From Pristiophorus japonicus (lineage: Eukaryota), in the NCBI RefSeq assembly GCF_044704955.1, contig NC_091999.1, positions 64,666,001-64,730,000 of the forward strand: DNA of 64,000 nt. Reading direction: 5' to 3'. Below, one piece after another: positions 1 to 11,259 of the stretch. The notes beneath the pieces are model-generated. The model saw only the letters and a program-made list of their open reading frames with translations. It had not been told where the DNA came from and did not search any database. The position numbers and the translations under genes are program-made. Every line of letters starts with the position of its first letter. Positions within the stretch are counted from its first letter, which is position 1.

Positions 1-249
1 ACGTCTTCCATAAAAGCGACTCTTGGATGCCATCTTTTTCTGTGTTTATTTGAGTTTCCAGCATCTGCAGTATTTTGATTTCGCATTTATTGCCCATCCC
101 TAATTGCCCCTGTGAAGGAAGTGCTGACCCGTCTCCTTGAACCGCAGCAGTTCTTGTGGTAAACGCATTCCCACAACGCTGTTAGAGAGAGAAGTTCTGG
201 TAATTTTACCGAACGACGCTGAAGGAACGGCAATATATTTCCAATTCAG

Positions 250-1610
250 AATAGAAACATAGAAAATAGGTGCAGGAGAAGGACATTCGGCCCTTCGAGC
301 CTGCACCGCCATTCAATGAGTTCATGGCTGAACATGCAACTTCAGTACTCCATTCCTGCTTTCTCGCCATACCCCTTGATCCCCCGAGTAGTAAGGACTA
401 CATCTAACTCCTTTTTGAATATATTTAGTGAATTGGCCTAAACAACTTTCTGTTGTAGAGAAAGCCACAGGTTCACCACTCTCTGGGTGAAGAAGGTTCT
501 CCTCTACTCGATCCTAAATGGCTTACCCCTTATCCTTAGACTGTGACCCCTGGTTCTGGACGTGCCCAACATTGGGAACATTCTTCCTGCATCTAACCTG
601 TCTCAACCCATCATAATTTTAAACGTTTCTATGAGGTCCCCTCTCATTCTTCTGAAATCCAGTGAATACAAGCCCAGTTGATCCAGTCTTTCTTGATATG
701 TCAGTCCCGTCATCCCGGGAATCAGTCCGGTGAACCTTCGCTGCACTCCCTCAATAGCAAGAATGCATTCTTCATGTTAGGAGATCAAAACTATGCACAC
801 TACTCCAGGTGTGGCCTCACCAAGGCCCTTTTCAACTGTAGTAACACCTCCCTGATCCTGTACTCAAATCCCCTCGCTATGAAGGCCAACATGCCATTTG
901 CTTTCTTAACCGCCTGCTGTACCTGCATGCCAACCTTCAATGACTGATGTACCATGACACCCAGGTCTCGTTGCACCTCCCCTTTTCCTAATCTGTCACC
1001 ATTCAGATAATAATATGTCTCTCTGTTTTTACCACCAAAGTGGATAACCTCACATTTATCCATGCATTTGCCCACTCACCTAACCTATCCAAGTTACTCT
1101 CCAGCCTCATAGCATCCTCCTCGCAGCTCACACTGCCACCCAACTTAGTGTCATCCGCAAATTTGGAGATAATACTTTTAATCCCCTCGTCCAAATCATT
1201 AATGTACAATGTAAACAGCTGGGGCCCTGGCACAGAACCCCGCGGTACCCCATTAGTCACTGCCTGCTTACTCCTACTCTTTGCTTCCTGTCTGCCAACC
1301 AGTTCTCAATCCACGTCAGCACACTACCTCCAATACCATGTGCTTTAACTTTGCACATTAATCTCTTGTGTGGGCCCTTGTCGAAAGCCTTCTGAAAGTC
1401 CAAATACACCATATCAACTGGTTCTCCCTTGTCCACTCTACTGGAAACATCCTCAAAAAATTCCAGAAGATTTGTCAGGCATGATTTCCCTTTCACAAAT
1501 CCATGTTGACTTGGACCTATCATGTCACCTCTTTTCAAATGCGCTGCTATGACATCCTTAATAATTGATTCCATCATTTTATCAACTACCAATGTCAGGC
1601 TGACCGGTCT
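250..1610 (-). mobile_element. CR1 LINE 3' fragment
   Basis: RT motifs QHGFVKGKSCLTNLLEFFE and [10 protein letters not shown]; (TTTCTATG)-type tail near 250. Confidence 0.92.
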
Positions 1611-2069
1611 ATATGGTCTGCAATTTGTAGGGGCACTTGCAGTGTTCCCATGCGCCTGCTGCCCTTGTCATTCTCGGCGTTGAAAGTCTCCGGTTTAGGA
1701 AGTGGTACCAAATAAGTCTTGGCGAGTTACTGCAGTGCATCTTGTGGAATGTACACACTGCAGCCACAGTACGCTGGTGCTGGAGGGAGTGAGTGCTTCA
1801 TATAAAAATCACTCTTATTTGAAAGAGTTTGGCGATATTTTCATTTTCAAAAATTACTTTCACTCGGCAATAAAATGGTGTCTTAGGAAGAGAATATTTA
1901 ATGAGACTGTGAGTTGTCTGAGTTTAATAAAATCAATCATAGCCACAAGTTTAAGCAGCAAACTCAGCTTCAATACAGAGCAACCAAGAATAGCAATTTC
2001 ACCTGTAGGAAATGGGCTGGTTTCAAAACTGAAATCTTCACCTCACGTTCAGAAATAAAGAAATGGCCA

Positions 2070-3555
2070 ACATTAGAAATAGTGGATGCATTGGTGATCA
2101 TTTTCCAACAGTCTATCAAATCTGGATCAGTTTCTATGGACTGGAGGGTTGCTAATGTAACACTTACTTTTCAAAAAGGAAGGAGAGTGAAAACGGGAAA
2201 TTATAGACCGGTTAGCCTGATATCAGAAGTGGGGAGAGCAGTGACATGATTGGTCCAAGTCAGCATGGATTTATGAAAGGGAAATCAAGCTTGACATATC
2301 TTCTGGAATTTTTTGTGGATGTAACTAGTAGAGTGGACAAGGGAGAACCAGTGGATGTGGTGTATTTGGACTTTCAAAAGGTTTTTGACAAGATCCCACA
2401 GAAGAGATTGGTGTGCAAAATCAACGCACATGTTATTGGGGGTAATGTACCGACGTGGATAGAGAACTGATTGGCAGACAGGAAGCAAGAGTCGGGTTAA
2501 ACGGGTCCTTTTCAGAATGGCAGGCAGTGACTAGTGGAGTGCCGCAGGGCTCAGTGCTGTGACCCCAGCTCTTTGCAATATACATCAATGATTTAGATGA
2601 AGGAAATGAGTGTAATATCTCCAAGTTTGCAGATGACACTAAACTGGGTGGCGGCGTGAGCTTTGAGGAGGAAGCTAGGAGGCTGCAGTTTGACTTGGAC
2701 AGGTTAGGTGAGTGAGCAAATGCATGGCAGATGCAGTGTAATGTGGATAAATGTGAGGTTATCCACTTTGGGGGCAAAAACCTGAAGACAGAATATTATC
2801 TGAATGGTGGCAGATTAGGAAAAAGGTAAATGCAACGAGACCTGGGTGTCATGGTTCATCAATCATTGAAAGTTGGCATACAGGTACAGCAGGCAGTGAA
2901 GAAGGCAAATGGTATGTTCGTCTTCATAACTAGGGGATTTGAGTATAGGAGCAGGGAGGTCTTACTGCAGTTGTACAGGGCCTTGGTAAGGTCTCACCTG
3001 GAATGTGGAGTTTTTGTCTCCTAATCTGAGGAAGGACGTTCTTGCTATTGAGGGACTACAGTGAAGGTTCACCACACTGATTCCGGGGTGGCAGGACTGA
3101 CTTATGTAGAAGAGACTGGATCAACTGGGCCTGTATTCACTGGAGTTTAGAAGGATGAGAGGGGATTGCATAGAAATATATACGATTCTGACAGGACGGG
3201 ATAAATTACATGCGTGTGGAATGTTCCCGATGTTGGGGAAGTCCAGAACCAGGGGACACAGTCTTAGGATAAGGGGTAAGCCATTTAAGACCGAGATGAG
3301 GAGAAACTTCTTCACTCCGAGAGTTGTTCACCTGTGGAATTCCCTGCCGCAGAGAGTTATTGATGCCAGTTTATTGGATATATTCAAGAGGGTGTTAGAT
3401 ATGGCCCTTACGGCTAAGGAGATCAAAGGGTATGGAAGATAAAGCAAGAAAGGGGTACTGAGGGAATGGTCAGCCATGATCTTATTGAATTATGGTGCAG
3501 GCTTGAAGGGCCGAATGGCCTACTGCTGCACCTATTTTCTATGTTTCTATATTTT
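2070..3555 (+). mobile_element. CR1 LINE 3' fragment
   Basis: NYRPVSL, QHGFMKGKS, YLDFQK motifs; TTTTCTATGTTTCTAT tail. Confidence 0.92.
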
Positions 3556-4912
3556 TATTACCTCGATTTCTTGATAGTTTCCTTCCAACTATATGAAGCG
3601 GCACCAGGTGCTTCAATGTACTCATTCAATGCCTGTTGATTGTACTCTGGCTCCACTGAGAAAGGTCGCTTTGAGTATCCCTCTCAAGTGGTCATCCTTA
3701 GTGGATCCACAGAATGTGTGACTATCACCAGCCGATTCCACAGTAAATCATCAGAGCCCCGCGCAATCCTGCCCATCGGCAGAGGTGCAAACACACCGCT
3801 TCCACTAGGCCGCCTGAGATCCGAGGAAGAGAAAAGAAGGGGATTCTCTCAGTGACGCGGATGTGCCTAGGCCACTGTTCTGATCAGTTCACTGAGCGAA
3901 GGCCGGCAGGGAAGTAGGGGTTTCTTCATGTGCATCGTTCGCCATTAAAATGAACAGGTGCTTAGCAACCGGACCAGCTCAAGTATTAAGGGATTGTGAC
4001 TGGCTAATAGCAGCGTATGTCCTATTATATCGTCTCCTGTCCGCGCTGTTGTTTGAGATGGTCGCCCTCCAGTACCTCAGTCAAGGTACTTGCATCGCAA
4101 GGGCATCAGCCAAGTCATATCTTGTTAGCAGAAAGCTCTCAAGTGCCCTTACCATAGACCAGCAGTGGAACCTGCGCTGTTGCTACTTCATGAGTCCAAG
4201 GATACTAAGGCCGATTATAAGACCCCGAACGCCACATCTCTGGAATTTTGCATGCTTCCCCATCCTGGCAAGTGGTGCCGGGACAATTATTTTGCAACAT
4301 TGTTGATTGATTTAATGAGAACAATTAGAGGTGAACAATTTACCATAGGAACCGAGTTTGCACGCATCAAAACAGAGGGTGACATAATTGGGTTCAGTCC
4401 ATCCAGCAGCTATTTCTCACCTCCTGTTACATCTACTGCTGGCGGGGGAGAAGACTTGAATACTTGAAATTCTCACATCAATTGGTTGGGCACCCTTATT
4501 ACTGGATGCGTTTTTCTTTTCATTGACTGGAGGCAACCAGTCTGTGTTGTGCTGGACTTAAATCAAGAGTGCAAAGTGAAGCAAACAGCAACGTCTTGTC
4601 CCCACATAGTTTGGAACACTCTGTGTATTTAGGCTGTTTAAAGATAGCCCACAATCATCAGGTTACCGTGCATTGAAGTTAGACATATCCTGATGCTGCC
4701 ACTTCTTACCATTGCTCCTCACATCACTTGTGGAGGCGCACATATTGATTGCTGATCATTTTATCGTCTACTTGCTGTCTCTGAGTTAATTGGTGTCCCG
4801 ACATTGTGTGATAGAGGGATCTGCTCACTGAGCCGTGTGTTGTTCGCTGTTGGATTTACATTAAAGAACACAGCGCTGATTGTGTGATGGTGTTGGAGGA
4901 AATGGTCCTTAC

Positions 4913-5230
4913 CTTTCGGGCTGCTGATGTCCACCCTCACGTTTGATTTTGAAGGTGGATGGGAGGCGTCACAGGTGTACGTAGACCCTTTATTCCATTC
5001 CGCTGATGGTAAAACGAGCAGGCTCCTTGTGCTGAAGGTCAGGTCCTGTTCCAGTGCAGTGGGGAAACGGCTGATGTTCGAGCTGAAAGCATCTCCATCC
5101 TTCTGCCAGGAAACCATGATATTGTCAGGGTAGAATCCACTGATCAAACATGTCAGAGTGACGGCGCTCCTAGTCTGGATCTCCTCTGGCGATGGAGGCA
5201 GCAGGCGGAGCTTTGGCCTGACGGGCTCCA
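4913..5230 (-). CDS. IgNAR: IgNAR constant domain C3 exon
   Basis: VEPVRPKLRLLPPSPEEIQ...LTCLISGFYPD...FPTALEQDLTFSTRSLL...YTCDASHPPS...SPK; 75-nt intron from C2; GTAAGG donor at 4912. Confidence 0.95.
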
Positions 5231-5305
5231 CTGTAACAGAAGTTCACACAGTGTTAGTGTCCCATCCACTGCCGGTCGGAAACAAGGCAGTCTATTGTTA
5301 CCCAC

Positions 5306-5608
5306 CTTTTGCCTTTCCCGTTGGCTTTGATACCACAGTCGATGATTGACCCTGCTGTGCCGAACACGAGTACTGAACCCCGCTCTCCCATTCCTCCACA
5401 CTGCTGGACAAGCGGCCAATGGTCAGATATTGGTTTCCAGACTTTGTAACTGGTTCGGACAGAACTCCTTCAGTCCTCATCTTTCCACCCACTGTCCAGG
5501 AGATCGCAGCATCAGTGGCAACTGTCGACACCACTTCACACACCAAGGTGGCAGTTCTCTTGATCCAAATTTCTTCCACGGAAGGATTTCTGAGGAATAC
5601 TGTGAGCT
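5306..5608 (-). CDS. IgNAR: IgNAR constant domain C2 exon
   Basis: ELTVFLRNPSVEEIWIKRTATLVCEVVSTV...SGNQYLTIGRLSSSVEEWESGVQYSCSAQQGQSST...KAK; AG acceptor at 5610-5609, GT donor at 5305. Confidence 0.95.
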
Positions 5609-5804
5609 CTGTCAGTGAGAAAGCAGAGGTTCAAAATCGGGCCAATGTTTTAGTCTTGGTGATTCCGCAAGTTCTACAAGGATTTTCATGTCAATGCGAA
5701 TCGATAGGACGGCAAAATGTAATCTCTGACTAATTATTATCGAAATTAAAACATAATTCTGGAGTTTTCACGTATGTTGAGTCGCCTGATAACTCCCGTA
5801 AACC

Positions 5805-6110
5805 GAGAGAGAGAAAGAGAGAGAATGTGAGAGAGCGAGAGGGAGATAGATAAAAAGAGAGAGATAGAGAGAGAGCGAGGGAGAGAGAGCGAGAGAGAGA
5901 CAGACAGTTAGACATGAAGATAGTCAGATAGATAAATGAGATGGAGAGGTCGAGAGAGAGAGAGAGATACAGAAAGGTAGAAAGGAAGAGAGAGAGACAG
6001 ACCGATAGGAAGAAAGAGAGAAACATAGCGAAATAGAGGGTTCAGAGAGAGAGAGAGAGAGAGATGCAGAGTGACAAAGACAAATAAAGAGAGGGAGACA
6101 GAGAGAGAAT
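5805..6110. repeat. Degenerate (GA)n microsatellite in the C1-C2 intron
   Basis: About 300 nt of purine-rich GA/GATA/GACA repeats. Confidence 0.95.
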
Positions 6111-6834
6111 GGATGAATTCTACAGTGTAGAAGGCCATTCAGTCCATGGTGGCTGACGGCTCACTGAAGGAGAGAGCTCGCCACTTTGGCGTATTTCTCT
6201 GGCCCTTCTCCATGTCTTTTATACGAATACATTTAAAAACATGTATCTATCTATCGGTTTAATCTAGTGAGAGCTTTCTCTCGCTCTCTAACTCTCTCGC
6301 ACTCTCTCGGTTGTTCCTTTCTCCAATCCTCTCTCACCCGTTCCATCTGTGTTCAGATACCCAGTATCAAATGGAATACAATCTCACACATGTACTGTGT
6401 GACTGAATCACGCTGTTAAAGTAAAAACCACTTTCTGTAAAATTTACCCCATGCTCTGAGGCTGGTCTTTTTCGCCTGGATTGATTTGGTGAATTAATTA
6501 AACAGGATATATCAGAAGCCGTTATAAATTGCTGGTAAATCATAAAAGGTTCTGATGGATGTGTTTCGGTGACCGTGGCACGATATTCATTTATGGGTCA
6601 CTCAGTCTTAGACCTGCCTTTTGCAACATCCGCTGGAGAGCGAGCACCTCCAGCAACCTCGGCCATTGTTGCTGAAATGTTCCCAACTATCTTTACTGAA
6701 ATGTTTCACTGCACTGAACCCAGGACCAGGTCAGGTTGTATAATCCTGATCGGTAAATTAAAACAATACATTCCTAACTAACACAATACTGATAAAGCAA
6801 GTGAAAACCTTGTGAATTGTTTACAGGTGCTCAC

Positions 6835-7152
6835 CTGAGGTTGAGTGAATTTCCTTCCGCGGGTTACTTTCGGTTGCGGAGTGGGATACTTGACAGCTGT
6901 ACACAGAACCGCTGGCCCATTCCTGCAGCGGAACTTCAAGGATGCTCGTGGAGCTAAAGATTCCCTGGGAATTTTTAGCTGGGGATGAGGTGGTAAAACC
7001 AGACCGTATGGCGTTTCCGTTCTTCTCCCAGCTCAATCCAATGATTCCCGGCCTGTATTCGCTGATGAGGCAAATCAGTTGCACAGTACCCTTTGCTCTC
7101 AGTTCGTCAGTTGCTGAGTACAGGAGACTGATGGTTGGTGGAGTAGGTCGAA
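6835..7152 (-). CDS. IgNAR: IgNAR constant domain C1 exon
   Basis: TTTTTGCAG acceptor; RPTPPTISLLYSATDELRAKGTVQLICLISEY...VPLQEWASGSVYSCQVSHSATESNPRKEIHSTS, closely matching IgNAR C1 as recalled; GTGAG donor at 6834. Confidence 0.95.
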
Positions 7153-8734
7153 CTGCAAAAATTACAAAGAAAGTCTTAATCTCTTCTACAATGACGATTA
7201 GAATATTTCACTTGTGTCCTGGCCAAAATGTATCCCTCAAACAACGCATGTTTGTAGGAGCTTGCTGTGTGCCAAATTGGCTGTTTCCTATATTACAACA
7301 GTGACTACACTTTAGAAATTATGTCATTGGCGCTTTGGGATGTCTGGAGGTGCTGCAAGCTGCGATAAATTTCAGGTTTTTCTTGCTTGATATTTTGGAC
7401 TGATTGCTCGTGAGTCATTTTACTCCCTTAACATCGCCATCTGAATCATTATCAAAAATAGAGTGCTCAGAGAATGTGATTGGCTTGCAGCTACGGGCTC
7501 GGCGACTTCTAACACACATGGGTAACATATCAGAGATTAGTTATAACGTTAACAGCATCTGAAATGTCACTGATCCGTCACATTGAAAACTATGTTATTG
7601 TATGAGTTGCATTGTTTGTGGAGGCTTATTACGGGGAAAGTCCAAGCCAGAGTCTGATGTGGGGTTTTCCAAGGGGTGTGCCCGATTTCCCATTGAGCCG
7701 AGGTTTACGACACTGCAGTTTAATATTAGGGCCTGGTTGTGGTGCATTGAAGCTGGGTGGGATTCCGGTGATATTACAGTGGACGTGCTGGGATAAATAG
7801 GTTCAGCTAATGAATGAACATTCAAATAATGTTCTAATCACTTATTCATTTCTTGCGATCACTTGTGAGGAAACCCTGAACCGCAGCAATATTTCTAGTC
7901 CAAACTTTAGCTCCCTTCATAATCTTGTTCTTTTGCTAATGACTACCTCAGTTTGGGGGTTTTCACCGAGATTTTTTCTCAGGTTCAATGCCAGGGGTCA
8001 TTCTTTTAAGCTAATCGGTCTGCCAATAAATCCACTGCAGTTTCAAAATGATCTGCTGCTCGGCATAATCTTGGATACAGAGTGCTTGCTTTACCTGAAA
8101 TAGGGCAGCCTACAGGTGATATTCCTCAGTCACAGCTCAGTCACAGAGTGTGCGCCGTTAATCCAGATCACTAATTCAAGGACTCCAATGGGCAACATAT
8201 TTGCAGATTCTGAGCTGATATTAATTTAACATTTATTGTTTTATATGGATTTATTGTAGAGGGGAATGAAGTTTGTCGCCAACATTTTATAAAATTGCAC
8301 ATTGCATTAATACCTTGTATGCAGCAAACTTTCCTCGTCCCAGAATTGTATGAATTCTTCGAATCAGAAATTCTGTATATCCGGCATATTAGGGACACCT
8401 AAGGAACGAGTGACTTTACAAGCTGGGTTGCGTATTAAGCATTTAAACTATTCGAATTATCTTAAATGATCCACGAGAGGTAAGTTATTTATTTCAATAC
8501 ACATTTGTTTGGGGGTAACTTATTTATTTAAATACAATTTCATTTTATTCTCGTTTAAAATCTCTTTTGGAAAATATCTTTAGGCTTTAAACTGTCAGCA
8601 AACCGAGCGAAGTTTCCAAAAAGATCTTCCACTATTTTCCTGTGTGCTTCATACCACCTTAACCAGAACACTGATTCTCCCAATCTTCTAGGAAAACGAA
8701 CCTTAGCGATAAAGTAGCAGGAGAGGTCACTTAC

Positions 8735-9067
8735 GATCGATCACAGTCAGATTGGTGCCTGCTCCATAATTCTCATCCTTGATTATCCAGTCAGTACAAT
8801 AAGCTCGGCAGTAATACATGGCACTATCTTCTAATCTCAGCTCGTTGATTTGCAACGAAAATTCATTTGCCCTCCTGTTGACTGATTCAACATATCGTCC
8901 GTCGATCAACATGCTTTGCAGGTTAGTTTCACCCGGATTCCTCCGGTGCCAGTGTGTGGTGTACAACTCGTGGCTGGCCTGAGTGATGACGCAGTTGATG
9001 GTCAGGGATTCACCAGGCATTTTCTTTACCGTTCTTGGTGTTTGGGTCACTCTTATGCCAAGGGCAT
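8735..9067 (-). CDS. IgNAR: IgNAR variable exon, V(D)J already joined (VNAR)
   Basis: Acceptor TTTCTCCATTCAG ends at 9068. Translation: (N)ALG-IRVTQTPRTVKKMPGESLTINCVITQASHELYTTHWHRRNPGETNLQSMLIDGRYVESVNRRANEFSLQINELRLEDSAMYYCRAYCTDWIIKDENYGAGTNLTVID. VNAR hallmarks are GESLTINC, a short FR2 without CDR2, GRYVESVN and J motif YGAGT. GTAAGT donor at 8734. Confidence 0.95.
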
Positions 9068-9201
9068 CTGAATGGAGAAAATATATTTATTAAGTCGTTT
9101 ATCTGAAACAATACAATAGTTTAAAGGCGGGGCAGTTTCCATAATGTAACCGCACTGTTTTATCCAATTAACATTCAATCTCTTTATTAAACATCCCTTA
9201 C

Positions 9202-9244
9202 TTGGTAACCAGGATAAAAGCACTGAAACCCAGAAAATATTCAT
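9202..9244 (-). CDS. IgNAR: IgNAR leader exon (MNIFWVSVLLSWLP)
   Basis: ATG at 9244, 14 codons + 1 nt, then GTAAG donor at 9201. Matches the IgNAR signal peptide pattern MNIFxxSVLLxWLP and splices in phase 1 to the V exon. Confidence 0.95.
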
Positions 9245-9340
9245 TGCTTCTTCAACAGCGGGGAGCACTTTGAGCAGAGCGAACTCCAGGGGCAAACACT
9301 GACTGTTCTGTGTAACTGTGTGTGTGTCTGACCACCGATC

Positions 9341-9373
9341 TTATAAACCTGGAGAGACTCAGCTTATTTGCAT
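9341..9373 (-). promoter_or_regulatory. IgNAR V promoter: octamer plus TATA box
   Basis: Perfect octamer ATGCAAAT (minus strand, 9373-9366) about 20 nt upstream of TTTATAA (9347-9341), which lies about 100 nt upstream of the leader ATG. Confidence 0.75.
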
Positions 9374-9934
9374 GGGCAGAATGAGAGACCAACAGCTCAC
9401 GGGCTGTGATGGGCTGCATCGTATCCCCGATACCTATAATCACAATGGTGGCACCTGTACCGATTAACATCAACAGATCAGTAGAGAGCGAGAGAACATG
9501 CTGCACGGTAACGTGTTTGAATTATTTGCATCCACGCTGATCGTATTTCCATTCTTTCAGAGTTTAATAATTTGGCGATACTTTAATGCTATGTTAATAA
9601 TAATGCTGTACTTATATGTCAGCGTGACACAGCGAACGCAGCCCAAAGCGCCCAGGCAAATAATTACTATTGAACCTCTAATCATTTACTGTGACCAACT
9701 GAGTGGCCTCCCTGTGGTAACTATCTATCAGCCCTGAGCTCGGCCCCGGCGTGTTAATAGTACCAGAGCTGCACTTTAGGTGGTACTGCGTTCTCTGAAT
9801 CTTTAGTCATCTAGTTTGTAATGTAATAGAACTTTAATAATTCCTTTGAAAAGTTCCTACCGTGGCAATTCCGTGAAGATTAATGTGTACAGAATTAAGG
9901 AGACGACAGCACACTGTATTAATACAGATTAGAA

Positions 9935-10870
9935 GGGAGTAACAGAGAGCACATTGGATGGAGCTGAAAGTTGGTGGAGGGATCCGAAATGAATTGGTTC
10001 TGGGCACCCCTGCATTCACTGCCTATATCAATGATTTGGATCCTCAGCTAGAAAGATTGATGTCGAAATTTGAACATGGCACAAAAATAGGAGGTACGGT
10101 TAATTATTTAGTAGACCAACGGAAGTTTCAAAGGGATATCGATTCAATGGAGGAATGAGTTGAAAAGTGGCAGATGGAATTCAACAGCGGCAAGTGTGCA
10201 TTTTTGTAAAAAAAATATTATATCCTAAATGGAATCAGGCTCGGTGCTGTGGAGAAGAGTGAGGCACACGCCATCTTTATAAAAAAACAAACATGATTCT
10301 AGGATTTATCATAAGATGTGTAGAATATTTAAAAAACAAGATGCAATGATGAGCCTATTATAAAACCCGAAAATACTTCAGCTAGAGAGCTGTGTGTAGT
10401 TTTGGGCTCCACACTATAATATGCAGAGTGAGGGTTTAAAAATTGCACAACACCCAGTCACTAGAATGCTGCCTGGTGTGATGAGATCTAAATATGTAAA
10501 ACGATTTTCATTACGATATCTTAGATTATGGGTCAATATAATTTAAATGCTTGATATTATGAACGAATAGGGCAAGGTAGATATAAACAGTCTGTTTCCA
10601 GTGGTTCAGGTGCCAGCGATGCAAGATTAAATGTAAGAGAATTAGAACAGTCATAAATAGAAACTTCCTCAAACAGAGAGTTGTGAGGCTGTGGCATTCA
10701 TTTCCAGGCTTAGTAGTTGGGGCAGAAACTATGTCAACATTCACGATTATATTGGAGAGGTGGCTGTAGGAAAGAATGTTGAAGATAAGTTTGGGTGAAT
10801 GCGATTAGATGGAGGGTAAACACCGATACTGGTCGGGGCTGTTGGTCGGCTTCCGTGTTGTAACTTGTAT
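9935..10870 (+). mobile_element. Old CR1 LINE fragment
   Basis: FTAYINDLD...SKFEHGTKIGG degenerate RT C-terminus. Confidence 0.7.
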
Positions 10871-11259
10871 ATATTCCTATGTATTCAGCGCATACCGCGG
10901 ACAGCTGTCTATTTATTATTCTCGCTGCAAAAACGAATTCTATAATTACCGTAGCTTGGTGTCTTCTGTGAATTTAGTTACTTCGCATTGAGACTTTAAC
11001 TGCCTAACATTAAAAATTAGATCAATTCAACCTCTGTGTCCCAGCGACACGACCAATGCGAACATGGACCCCTGCTTGTTGATAAGAGCGTTTCCAATCG
11101 ACTGAATGCCTTACAAGTAATGGGGCGGGTGTCCGGTAAGTCCTCCATCAGCACTAACTGCCGTTATCTGATCTATAAATGTCTAGAGTTGACAGCACGG
11201 TTCTATCTTCATGGCAGAACACAAGGATTCAGCTGCAAACCATCTGACTGAAACAGAAT

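Noticed and set aside
4761-4912. Read-through extension of the C3 ORF as a secretory tail
   Set aside because: Starts at a canonical GTAAGG donor and has no tailpiece features; most likely intron.
5247-5253. CACAGTG as an RSS heptamer
   Set aside because: Lies in the C2-C3 intron with no nonamer at 12 or 22/23 spacing.
5730-6138. Hydrophobic Leu/Ser-rich ORFs as a TM exon
   Set aside because: Translation of the (GA)n microsatellite.
8735-9067. V exon as NAR-TCR (TCR delta) V, or as a processed retrocopy
   Set aside because: It is followed by IgNAR C1-C3 rather than a supporting TCR delta V, and all introns and the promoter are present.
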